Of a stretch of 64,000 nt of DNA, positions 11,351-22,892 are shown piece after piece. The first letter of the stretch is position 1. Every line of letters starts with the position of its first letter. The DNA comes from Octopus bimaculoides (Eukaryota), in assembly GCF_001194135.2 (NCBI RefSeq), contig NC_069004.1:22350092-22414091 (forward strand), read 5' to 3'. The notes beneath the pieces were generated by a model. The model saw nothing but the letters and a program-made list of their open reading frames with translations. It did no database searches and was not told the DNA's origin. A program made the position numbers and the translations under genes.

Positions 11351-12150
11351 TACCTACTCCTTTTCTACATATCTTTGTTATTAATACCTTAGTCTTTGCT
11401 AAGTTAACTTTGAAGCCTTTTGATTCCAGATTTGGCTTCCACTCCTGGAATTCCTATTTTAATCTTATCTACAAATTCAACAAGGTCATCAGCATATAGG
11501 AGTTCCCGTCGGCATTCAGTCTTAAACTCCTCTGTTATGGCCTGTTGGACTATAAGTACAAAGTAACTTAGAACCAAGCCCTAGAGGACATCTACCTGCA
11601 CACTGAATTTGTCACTAGTTGCTAACTCTCACTTTGCTGGCAGCATCTCTATACATGGCTTGTATGACTCTCACAAGCCATTCACCTACTCCGAATTTCC
11701 ACAGTGATCACCAGATTACAAAGTGAGAGACCATGTTAAAGGCTTTCTCTAGGTCAACAAATGCTAGAAACTTTTTCTTACTCATAGCTAAGTACTTCTC
11801 CATAGCTAAGTACATCTCACATGTAAGATGGCATCAATACTACTTGTTCCTGGCACAGACTCAACTAGACTAACTCTCTTTCTATTCAATTGAGCTATAA
11901 CTCTTCCTATAACTTACATGACCAAGTTCATTAATTTGATACCTTTGAAATTATGTTTCTCTAAGATATCTTCTTTAAGCTTGTAACTATGATGCTGCTA
12001 GGCTAATCTTTGGGTATGACACCTTCCTGTGCAACCTGATTGTCTATATGCTTAACTAGCTTGATTTCTACTCCTCCAGATATTTTAAGCATCTCTGCAG
12101 TAATTCCTGGAACAGGGGCTTTTCCTGACTTTATATTCATAATTACTTTA
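11351..12150 (-). mobile_element. RTE LINE RT segment (inverted relative to the adjacent 3' part)
   Basis: Minus strand gives IKSGKAP..GITAEMLK, LAFVDLEKAF, LLYADDL, then KVNLAKTKVL (frameshifted). Confidence 0.85.
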
Positions 12151-12157
12151 TTATTTA

Positions 12158-13022
12158 CCCTGGTAGCTCATTAGAGGTAGTAGATAATTTCTGCTACCTA
12201 CAGGACTAAATTAGTTGTGGGGAGGATGCATGGAAAGTGTAATAGCAAGAATAAGAATAGAATGGAGGAAATTCAGAGAGCTGTTCTGTTGGCCACAAAA
12301 GGTTTCTCTCTCAAAGATTAGAAAGGAATGATGCTAGTATGCTCTGCTGGATGTGCAATGTAAGTGTACATGTTTAACAGAGTGCCAGTCTTCTGAGAGC
12401 TAAGTTAGGCATAAGAGGAATTTGTTGCTGGATGCAAGAGAGGACTGCACTGGTTTGGTCATGTGATTTGGATGGATGCTAACAGTTCCATAAAGAAATG
12501 CTGATCTCTCAAAGTGGATAGAACATATGGGAGTGGGAGACCCAGGAAGACATGGGATGAAGTACTGAAGAATAACCTCAGAACACTGAACTTTCAGGTG
12601 TGATGACAAAAATCCAAGATAGCTGGCGCCTGGCCATACTCAAGAAGACCCACACACCATAGCAGAAGTGTTTTAAACCGATCCTTATGGTGGTATAAAG
12701 CACTCGTTGTGGTGCCATGTAAAAGAACCTGTGTGGTGCCACATAAAAGCACCTGTGTGGCAACATGTAAAAGCGCCCATGTAGCAACATGTAGAAGTTC
12801 CCATGTGACGTCATGTAAAAGCGCCCATGCAGTGCCATATAAAAGCATCCAGCACACTCTGTGGTATGGTTAGCATTAGGCAGAGCATCCAGCCATAGAA
12901 GCCATGCCAAATCAGACTGGAATCTGGTGCAGCCCCGTGGCTTGCCAGCTCTGGTCACACCATCCAACCCATGCTAGCATGGACAATAGACATTAAATGA
13001 TGATAATGCTGTTGATGATGAT
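12158..13022 (+). mobile_element. RTE LINE 3' part with expanded ~24-bp tandem repeat in its 3' UTR and (GAT)n tail
   Basis: GSSLEVVDNFCYL..ESVIARIRIEWRKFREL..LHWFGHV..GRPRKTWDEVL. About 6 copies of gtggtgccacataaaagcacct at 12710-12850. Confidence 0.88.
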
Positions 13023-13299
13023 TATAGTTTTGTTTATGAGAATGTCCCACTGCTTGGTTGACACTGTGAAAACCCTCTTTCTCCTAAATATTATCCATAT
13101 TTTATAGCCTTTCATAGTAATATTTCCATATTTCTTTCTTTTCAGAAACACCAACTGCAGGTGTGCTATTATTTATCCATACACATTTCTCATTCACATG
13201 TAAGCCCATTCTCAGTTCTTTTTGGTACATTGTCTTGCGATTTGAAATATCTCATGTTTTTGATCCTCGTATCATAGAATACTGGAAAACCTCTTACTT

Positions 13300-13520
13300 T
13301 TTGCTTCTCCCCTTGCTAAAAACACCTGTCATCTAGCTTCTCTTTCAGCTACTGGTATAGCACTCTGCTACCCACTTTCTTCCAGTCTTTCCAAACCTGC
13401 CACTTTGTTTTTATGGCACTATACAACTTTCTGAGGAAGAACTTGCATTCGAAGCATCAAAGACACTCCTGCTTTCTAAAACTCATTGAGTATCAAATTA
13501 ATAAAGAAGTATACTTTGTT
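13300..13520 (+). mobile_element. Penelope-like terminal region with decayed hammerhead core (13427-13462)
   Basis: cttt-CTGAGGA-a-gaa-cttgca-ttc-GAAG-catc-aaag. Stem I (cttt/aaag) and stem II are formable, but GAAA is mutated. Confidence 0.5.
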
Positions 13521-13620
13521 TCTACTTTGCTTTCTGTGTTGTTTTCATTGTTAAGTTTGAATATTATCTATCTATAAACACACATACAAGCACACTTATA
13601 TTTGCCTGTGTGCCTGCTAG

Positions 13621-13697
13621 CCTGCCTACCTACCTACTTACCCACCCACCTACCTACCTACCTACCTACCTACCTACCTACCTACCTACCTACCTAC

Positions 13698-13729
<32 letters not shown>
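13621..13729. repeat. Compound (CCTA)n(CTAT)n microsatellite
   Basis: Directly visible. Confidence 0.95.
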
Positions 13730-15555
13730 GTAACAATACAGCACCAAATGATAATCAAAACTAATGAAAATACTGGTGCAAATTAAAAAACAAAGTAGAT
13801 AATAAATAAGCACACATGAAAACAAACTCAACAGCAACTGTAGTAGTTAATGGTCCAATAACTTTATTACTTCAATAATATTAGTATATCATCTCACCTC
13901 TACTCATCTCTGAACTTTATTAATACATAGCTTAATATCAACTGCCATTGTCTTATACTTCCTTTAAACCAACAAAATTTCAAACACTTCTTTTGTCTCA
14001 TTACTCATCTGCGTTTCTATTGATTTTTCAAATCATATAAACATAGCAATGACTGTAGTTGTTGTTGGTGGTGTTAAACCCCTGGTCATCTCTGATCAAG
14101 CAAGCCAGTGATCAAAAGTACTCCATTTGAAATGACTGGTTTTTTTGTATGCTTATGACACCAATGTGTCCTTCCGTTTTTTAAAGAGGCTAGGATGCAA
14201 ATTAAGAGAAATTTAGCCACTATTTCTAGCAGGATGAGTGAGCATGTACAGGGTCATTTGATGTTTGATAGAAATAACATCAGTGGTAGTGGTCTAGTAA
14301 AGATGGTGGAGGAAATGTTTGATATACTAACTGAACTAAGGTGTCTCTGTTTAGCTAAGCATCTACATTAATTTTTGATTGAAATCTATAAAAGAATATA
14401 ATAGAAATAATAATAATAATAGCAATATTTTCAAAGATATGGAAACAAAATACAAAGAATATTTAAAAAGTATGAAAAATGTGAACCATGGAAATAGTAG
14501 CAGAAAACAAAAAAAGAAACATGAAGAATAACAGCAGCAACAATATTTAATTAAAAACTCATGTCTTTCAATAGTTTCATATTTGAAAGTCTTAAAACTT
14601 CATTCTTCAGTATTTGAATTTACAGCTTGCTGTGGTGAAATCTACTTTTTAACCTTTTGTTTGCTGGTTTTACACTAAGTTAGTGTCTCTCCCAAAGCTT
14701 GTTAGTGTGAAGACTGAAAAGTGAGGAGGGTAAATTGTCATCATCATCATCATCATCATCAAACATCTGCAAGTTTATTGAGACAGATTCTTTACAGCTA
14801 GATGCCCTTCCTGTCACCAACCCTCATCTTTTTCCAAGAAAGGTAATATTTCTCCCTAGTCAAACATGTTCTTGCAGAATATTGGAAATGAACAACATTG
14901 CTTGTATGATGGTGACAATCATTTTACAATTATCCTGTGATGTCAGGACAAGAAAACACAAACATACACACGCACTCACAAGGCCTTGGTCATCCTGGGG
15001 CAATGGTAGAAGACTTACCCAAGGTGCTATGCAATAGGACTGAGCTGGAACTATGGGGCTACGAAGCAAACTTCTTACCACACAGCCACACCTGTGTTTA
15101 TGAATGTGTGTGTTTGTGTATATACATATATATGAACCATTTTATGTCAGTCTATCACATCATTAGTAACTGCTAGAAGGACTTGTGGAAATTCTACAGA
15201 TCTAAATAAAACTGTTATATGAGACTTAATATTTCATCCCATTGTGAAGTTTGTTTAAAGTGTAACAAACATATTTTGTGATAAGTAGAATAGTATTATA
15301 GACCTTTCAGCTCCTGAACCAGCAACAAAGCTTCTATATTAAAGAACTCAAATTCAATTTTTACTCATAAAACAGTTTAGAGCAAATATAAATATTATGG
15401 CATGCTTTGTCCCTGAAGACAAAACCATGTATTATACAAAAGGTTAAAATGTATCTATAGATATAAAAAATTTAAACAATAGGAAATTATCAATTTTTAA
15501 TCATGTTTTTTTACAGCAATTTATAAAAATAAACAGGTTGATAGTTTTACTTGGT

Positions 15556-15595
15556 ATTTCAGTATTTCAGGGTCAGGACCCCTTCCTCAGGAAAT
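15556..15595 (-). ncRNA. Decayed minimal hammerhead ribozyme in inverted PLE repeat
   Basis: Minus strand: atttc-CTGAGGA-aggg-gtcctga-ccct-GAAA-tact-gaaat. Stems I and II are intact; the stem III/cleavage region is degenerate. Confidence 0.55.
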
Positions 15596-16893
15596 CTTTG
15601 GAGGAAAGTTGTTATTCACTGATTTCTGTGTCTTGTGTGTAAGTGTATTTGATATGTGTCACTATAAACAATTGGCCATGTGCAACTCTGACCAATTAAT
15701 TATTAATAAGTGGTGTATATTTCTTAATTAAAAGACCTTCTTTTAGTCTCAAATTCCCAATGTTTCTTTCTGTAGCATCAATGGAAACTTGGATGTCTTA
15801 GGTGTAGCAACTATTTTTGTAGATGATTTTTGGCAGAAAATCATTAGCATAGAAGTTAGATGTTGTTTCTCTATACCCCTCTGTCCCTGCAATCCCAGTT
15901 ATCAATTTATTAACTGAACATATTGTCTCCTCTCACAACTTTGGGCTCACATCTCCAGATATCCATGAACCATTAGCTACTATAATGGACAACACCTTCT
16001 TCTGGTTCAAAGGGTCTATTTACAAACAAATCTCTGGACTGCTGATTGGGGTTAAATTTGACAGGCCTACTAGCCATAATGTACATGGACCAGCATTCAA
16101 CAGCTATCAGTCCTGCACCTTTTTCATCAGGTGTATGGATGACATCCCCATATTAACATCATTACACGAAGAGACTGATAAAATTATACAATATGTTCAA
16201 CAGTATCAATGAACATATAAAATTTGAAGTGGAACACCTTGATAACTGCTTATCTCTAATTAATTTTGAATCCAAAATCACAGAAAAGCAGCATACAAGG
16301 GTCTATTTGTACATTATAATTCATCCTTACCCATCAAAACTAAGATGACCTTCATTAGAAATATGATTCATAAGATACACAGTAAATGTAGCAAGGCAGG
16401 AAGCAAAAACACCAACACCATACAATCCAGAAAGATCCTAATAAAGAATGGCTATTCATACCCTTTCACTAAATACTAGCACATCGCCAGACCATCTAAC
16501 AAAACCCACACATCCAAAGACAAGATGTTTTTTGAAACAGCAACATTTTAATGGAAAAACAACAGCTGCAATCCACTGTACAATCTATGGAAAAATAACT
16601 GCTACAGTCCACCATATGATTTGTAGGGAAGGATTGAATATATGACTGGCACACTCCAGACTTTTTGCTGAGGAGAGTCCTAACTGAAAACAAACCAATC
16701 AAACTCATGACTGTATGATCATGAGCCAAATATTCTAACCACTAAGCCATGTGTCTTTACAATAAAAAATACACATTGCATATTAAGAACAGCTTAGAGC
16801 TGCATGTAGCCAATTGGTTACTATAGCAATGCATATCAAATGCACACACTTTACAGGACAGAGAAGTCAGCGAATAACAACTTTTCTCCAAAG

Positions 16894-16933
16894 ATTTCCT
16901 GAGGAAGGAGTCCTAATTCTGAAATATTGAAAT
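16894..16933 (+). ncRNA. Decayed minimal hammerhead ribozyme in PLE terminal repeat
   Basis: atttc-CTGAGGA-agga-gtcctaa-ttct-GAAA-tatt-gaaat. Confidence 0.55.
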
Positions 16934-17459
16934 ACCAGGTAAAACTATCAACCTGTTTTATTTTTATAAATTGCAATGTTTTGTCTTTAAAAAAATATAT
17001 CTAAAATCATTTCTATATATATATGAGACAATGCTTCATGAAAACTAAAGTAAATTATTAGTTATTTCTTTATTTTGATAAATGAAGCTTGCTTATATTT
17101 AGACTCTATTTTTAGAATTCCAGTTTATATTGTCACATTTTTTCAATTTTTGTGGTGCACCTAGCTACATCTCATGGTACACCTGTATACTGTTTGAGAA
17201 CTACTGCTCTACATGGTTCCACTACCTGCTAGAAATAGCAGCAGAAGGCTCTCAACATTGGATATTGCTGCAGAAAACACTATGATTAAAAAAAACTCAA
17301 GATATCCATGGTTGGAATGCCTTTGAGCATAGTTCTACTTAATTAGAATCAACTTGGGGTTAAACAAGAACTATATATGGTTTCAAAAAACTAGCAATAT
17401 AAAGGAAAGGTATACAATAAATAAATGGATTACTTCTAAGCACAAATGTTGAATAAATA

Positions 17460-17640
17460 TCGGTGCAGATGTAGCTATGCAGTAAGAAGCTCGCTTTTGA
17501 CCACGTGGTTCTGTGTTCAGACCCACTGTGTCTGAACACAGTATAGTAGAAGACCATGGGCAAGTGTCTTCTACTATAGCCTTGGGCCGCCCAAAGCCTT
17601 GTGAGTGGATTTGGTAGACAGAAACTGAAAGCCTGTTGTA
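17460..17640 (+). mobile_element. tRNA-derived CORE-like SINE, family B
   Basis: gtaagaagct.gct..ccac.tggttc..ggttcag.cccactg..ttgggcaagtgtcttctactatagcc. Other copies at about 14940-15095(-), 28360-28640(+), 30395-30600(-), 39370-39800(+), 47520-47670(+), 52560-52900(-), 53275-53650(-), 61615-61775(+), 62105-62310(+). Confidence 0.85.
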
Positions 17641-17648
17641 TATGTGCA

Positions 17649-17690
<42 letters not shown>

Positions 17691-17969
17691 NNNNNNNNNN
17701 NNNNNNNNNNNNNNNNNNNNNNNNNNNNNNNNNNNNNNNNNNNNNNNNNNNNNNNNNNNNNNNNNNNNNNNNNNNNNNNNNNNNNNNNNNNNNNNNNNNN
17801 NNNNNNNNNNNNNNNNNNNNNNNNNNNNNNNNNNNNNNNNNNNNNNNNNNNNNNNNNNNNNNNNNNNNNNNNNNNNNNNNNNNNNNNNNNNNNNNNNNNN
17901 NNNNNNNNNNNNNNNNNNNNNNNNNNNNNNNNNNNNNNNNNNNNNNNNNNNNNNNNNNNNNNNNNNNNN

Positions 17970-18005
<36 letters not shown>

Positions 18006-18010
18006 CCAGC

Positions 18011-18456
18011 AAGTTAGCTAATTAGAAAATCTCTATAAGAGATGAAAGCAGTAACTATACTGAGAAGTAATGTTTATCACCACTTCAACATGGCTGCTCT
18101 GTAGGAACTAACATTACTATGATTTTAACTCCAGGAGGATTCCTCCTCCAGTGAGTTATTTGATGCAATTTGCACCCGATATATATTGCAAGTAGGGGAG
18201 TGAACCCCTACCATCTTCCAGCAATGGGATCACCAGACTGTATGGTTTCAAGCTATTTGTGCTCATCTTCAGTTATAGATACTTGTCTGCTAGAGATAGC
18301 AGTAGTTTGCTCCAGCTAGCAATATATAGAAAATAAGTGACAAATGGTAGTAATATCGGTTCCTATGGAACAGCCATGTCGAAGTGATGATATACATTAC
18401 TTCTCAGTACAGTTACTGCTTTCATATCTTATAGAGATTTTCTAACAAGCTAATTT
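18011..18456. repeat. Foldback of a G-related repeat: ~110-bp inverted arms with a hammerhead-like core in the loop
   Basis: Arms 18011-18119 and 18347-18456. The minus strand at 18241-18276 reads CTGAAGA-t-gagc-acaaata-gctt-GAAAC. Confidence 0.75.
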
Positions 18457-18800
18457 GTTTGCTGTAAGATCATGTTGCTCCAGTTCACTCAGCTGTAGAA
18501 ATGAGTTGTGATGTCACTGGTGCCAAGCTGTATTGGCCTTTGCCTTTCCTGCAGATAATATTGGTGGTGTAGAGAGGGGTGACTGGTATACATGTGCAAC
18601 TGCTGGTCTTCCATAAACAACCTTGCCAGGACTTGTGTCTTGGTGGAGAAACTTTCTAGGTGCAATCCCATGGTCATTTATGACTGAAGGGAACCTTTAC
18701 TCTATGTATTGTTATATTTCGGGCTTGTAATTTTTTTCTTACCAAATAAACACTATATACTTGTTCTTCACTTATTTATTATTGTTCTTATTTTATGTCC

Positions 18801-18843
18801 ATTTCTGGAAATCTTCCGTCACACCCGTGACCTCTTCAGCAAC
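18801..18843 (-). ncRNA. Degenerate hammerhead-like core
   Basis: ttg-CTGAAGA-g-gtcac-gggt-gtgac-g-GAAG-atttc-cag. Stem II has 5 perfect bp, but there are two core-adjacent substitutions. Confidence 0.35.
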
Positions 18844-18906
18844 TCTCCATCCCATGTCTTCTCCTGTTCTGTCTAGTCCAAATACATAAATGTATATATA
18901 TATATA

Positions 18907-19545
18907 TTGGGTTATCTCATAAATAATGCGGTTTTTTCAATTGCATGAAGTCAGAGGGAGACAGGATAAATTACCTGCATCAACTTGCTATAAAAGCAGG
19001 TAGTAATTTTACCTTGTCTTTATTCATAGTAAAAGTTTTGAAGAGTGCAGTTTGATTTTAACAGTTATTTTTTTCAAATCTATAATGGAAGTGACAAAGG
19101 AGCATATTCAGCATATTTTGCTTTATGAGTTCAATAAAGGCAACAACACAATGGAAAGTGCGAGGAATATCAATGCAGTATATGGGGATCAGACAATAAG
19201 TGTAAGCCAGTGTCAGTGGTGGTTTAAGAAATTCCAAGCCAGAAACTACAGCCTAGAAGACGAACCTCATCCTGGAAGATCTGTAGAGTTCAATAAGGAT
19301 GTCCCGCAAACCCTGGTGGAACAAAATACCATTGTAACAGTTGAGGAGCTAGCAGAGAAGCTTGAATTTGGTCATTCAACCGTTCATTGACACCTGCGTG
19401 CCATTGGAAAAGTCAGTAAATTGGGTCAATGCGTTCCTCATAAACTTTCCGAGTCTAATCATGTGCAGAGAGTGAATCTATGCTCTTCTTTGCTGTCATG
19501 TCTTGCGAATGAACCTTTTTTGGACTGAATAGTTACTGGTGAAGC
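18907..19545 (+). mobile_element. Mariner transposon relic (5' half)
   Basis: TA then TIR ttgggttatctcataaataatgcg. Transposase MEVTKEHIQHILLYEFNKG...WFKKF..SLEDEPHPGRSVE..CVPHKLS..IVTGE. Confidence 0.92.
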
Positions 19546-20477
19546 CGAGTTTAGTGTCCAATGAAGGAGACGTTGGCATGGGTGCCAGTCATCGAATTTG
19601 GTTCGATTTCGATTTCACTTGCCTCAACAGGTCTTCGCAAGCGGAGTTTAATATGCACATCTCTAAAGAGTGCAGGGTTACATAATCAGACTGTTACCTA
19701 ACATTCTGCTGAACCCCTAGTGCAAAACTGATTGGTAAGGTTGTCTGTAATGGCTGTACACTTCAATTTATATATATATATATGTATATAAATATGTATG
19801 CATGTGTGTGTGTATCTATGTTTGGTTGTCCCCTATCACTGCTTGACAACAAGGTGTTGTTCCCACGCTTACGCAGACTAAAATTATAAACATTATTTAT
19901 TAAGTTCAAAAACATAACTGATTCCATTTCCACGATAAAAATGTTAATTCAATGCATGAAGTCCAATGTAAATGAAATTCAATAAATGGCTTGTTACAAA
20001 CCTTTAAAATTTGATTATGTGTAAAAAGTCTGAACCAAATAAGACACTACAAATGAGAAGGATAACCACTCCAAAACGACTCCTACAAAGAATATGAAAA
20101 TGGAATGAAAGGGCTGTTAACATAGACACAGAAAGACTAGCATACAGTAGAGTTAAACAGAAAAGATTTCTGTGCTCTACGACAGATAGTTAACACTAGA
20201 GACTAGAAACCTCTTACATTGTCCCTACAACAGGGCTAGAAAGGAGAAATACAGTCTGTTATGTGTTCAACATTTGAAATTAGAAGCCTCAAACTATTTT
20301 ACAGTAGAACTAGAGAGAACTTCCAGTGAAGAGGCAATGGAACTTTGAAAAAAAATCAAGTCGATTAAATTCATTCATTTTTGGTTCCATTCTGTGCTCC
20401 CATAGAAAAATAAATTGCCATCACAACTTAGTTTAAGAAAGTTCTCGCTTCCAAAAGATGTGCTAAAAAAGAATGTA

Positions 20478-20809
20478 ACTTCCGGTAGGTCATTCACACT
20501 CCTTTTGTTTTAGATAGCCGGAAATAACGAAAATAGAACTCAACTGAAATTTATTAAAACTTCTTTCATCCACCCATTAATTCTTTCTCTTAATGTTTCA
20601 ATCTCTTTAATTAATTGTCATTATTTTTTCAGCTCTTTCCTCCTACCAGTATTTATTCCTGACATTCCCTAACTACGAAAAACACCACTGTCAGAAACCA
20701 AGCAAGCAAGCTATTTTCATATGTACTCTCCACCCATCACGTAACACGTCTGCTAAATAAAAATAATGTTGAGTAACATCCACCATAAGTAGGGCTACGA
20801 ACCGGAAGT
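20478..20809. promoter_or_regulatory. Putative bidirectional promoter with divergent ETS (CCGGAAGT) sites
   Basis: ACTTCCGG at 20478-20485, CCGGAAAT at 20518-20525, ACCGGAAGT at 20801-20809. CpGs are locally retained, the sequence is TE-free, and splice donors lie on both sides. Confidence 0.6.
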
Positions 20810-21118
20810 TGAACATTTAGTTTGCCTCCTCCTCCTTCCCTACTTTTTCATCCTCTCACTCCTCCTTTTTCTCTTACTCAGTCTATTTCCCTGGTTTCGT
20901 GTAATTGAGCGCTAAATTCGAATCTTGTTTCACTACATTCTTATTGCTATTCAGGATATACTTTATTTTTCACCTCACCTAAACAGAAATGGAGACCTTG
21001 TAGTATTAGTAGTGATAATAGTTATTATAATAATTGAAAACAAAACTATATATGAAGTGAAAGGACCAAAGAAATCTTGGATTACTTTTTTACCGTAGCA
21101 CAAAAACAAACACAGAAA

Positions 21119-21148
21119 ATGACAGGAGTTCCTTCAGTGTTTGGACAG
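21119..21148 (+). CDS. Candidate coding end of a first exon (MTGVPSVFGQ)
   Basis: ATG at 21119 is in frame to the donor CAG|GTAAAT at 21148/21149, downstream of the ETS site and a pyrimidine-rich leader. It could equally be 5' UTR. Confidence 0.3.
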
Positions 21149-21226
21149 GTAAATAAATTACTTTTTATTTACTTCTAATTACTAACCCCTCGATTGTTTA
21201 GCGAAATATCTTCAATTTTTCAAAAT

Positions 21227-22512
21227 AAATTTCGATATAATTGGAATGTATTCCGTCTGAAAGGTATTTGCAAAAAAAATTCATTAATAAATTTTCTGAA
21301 AGCTATGAGGAAACAAAGTCGTGACGGTGGCACACTTGTGTAGATATGTCACTGTCGTCATTATATTGTTGATATTTCTTCGCCACAGGACAAAAGATAT
21401 GTTGGATCTTGTTAGATTTCTTTCGACAACTTTGTTATCAAAAATAATGATTGTTTTCCAAACTTTTTTTTATCCTCTTTCAATTTTTCACCAGATTATT
21501 CTCATAATACATGTTTTGCATGATGATGACGAAAATCGCATTCAGTTTTTTTTTTCTAGAAATTAATAATAAAGAAGGTACAAACATTCAAAGTCATTTA
21601 ATTATAAGTAGTTGGAAGAAATTTAACAAGATCTAACATTTTCTCAAAAATATCAAAACGAAAATAAAAAAGTTATGTAATCTACGAAGCTTAAAATATA
21701 CACATCTGAAGAAATTACGGGCGCCCAAGATAATTTGTGGGATCTATATAATAACCGATAATTTCTAATTCTATAGAGAGGCAAATTAAAGGTAGTCTAG
21801 TCTTGACATGTTGAATATGGGCATACCTACACAATTGTGCCCCACCGATTCTGTTTTCCCCATAACTTCCAGGAAAGTGAGTATTTTTTAATGACATCTT
21901 CTACAAATACGCTTCAAATGGCAATAGATTCCAATTATATCGGAATTTGTTGTGAAAAGAATTTTCCGCAGCTGGGGAGAGGAGTTTCGGAAAATTCATA
22001 CAGAGTCGGCTTTGTTTCTTTATAACTTTCAGAGATACTTTATTTATAAAATTTTCTACAAATACTTTCAGAGTGTCTAGATTACGATTATATCGGAATT
22101 TAATACAAAAATAAATAAATAAATGAACATGCATCACAACTTATTTTTGGAATTTCAAGTTTCATTTTCTAGATATGTGATGTGTGTCAGCATGTATGTG
22201 TACGAGTTCACCATTCTTTTTTCATATTAAATTCCGATATAATCATAATTTACAGGCATACTCTGAAAAGCATTTGTAGAAAATTTCATTACAGAATTTT
22301 TCTGAAAGTTGTGAGGAAACAAAGCAGACTGGTGTGGATTTTCCGAAACTCCTCTTCCCATCCGCGGAAATTTTTTTTTCACTATAGATTCCGATATAAT
22401 CGGAATCTACACCATCTGAAGTGTATTTGATGAAAATTTCCTTAAAAATTTATCCATTTTTCTGAAAATTTTGAGGAAACAAAGCCGAAGTGAAGCACAC
22501 TTGTGTTGGGTA
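21227..22512. repeat. Nested foldback array built from a ~120-bp module (5 copies)
   Basis: Module aaattccgatataat.ggaatcta..ctgaa..tttctgaaag..gaggaaacaaag occurs at 21227(+), twice in 21815-22105(-) and twice in 22220-22512(+). A separate inverted pair lies at 21396-21428/21611-21644. Confidence 0.85.
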
Positions 22513-22892
22513 TAGTTTTAATTTCTTCGGGTTCCCTTATTTTCAACAACACACAAAAAAAAAAAAAAGAAAGAAGAATCTCCCAGCTTTTCAAAATTTT
22601 CATTCTCTAATTTTTCTGTTATTACTTTTCGGTTATATTTATAAAGATATATATTTTAATCTTCACGTTTAAAAATCTAGACAGCGACTTATAATTCGTC
22701 CGTTCATTTGTGGATGCCTGTTAAACTAGCAGACGACTCAAAGGAGTGTTACCTCGATGCAGTCACTCGACGTACTAGAAATAACTGTCAACTCTTTCTC
22801 TGTCTGTCTGTCTGTCTCTCTCCCCTCTCTCTCCCCCTCACACACACACAACGGCTTATAAGATGGAGGGAAATAAAAAAAATAAAATATTC

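Larger units (their letters stand above)
15516..16974 (+). mobile_element. Penelope-like element: RT relic bracketed by inverted ~120-bp terminal repeats
   Basis: RT fragments FWFKGSIYKQISGL..FIRCMDDI..IKFEVE at ~15985-16400. Arms 15516-15637 and 16853-16974 are reverse complements. Confidence 0.8.

Noticed and set aside
12710-12850. CRISPR-like regularly spaced repeats
   Set aside because: There are no unique spacers. It is a tandem expansion in an RTE 3' UTR, in eukaryotic DNA.
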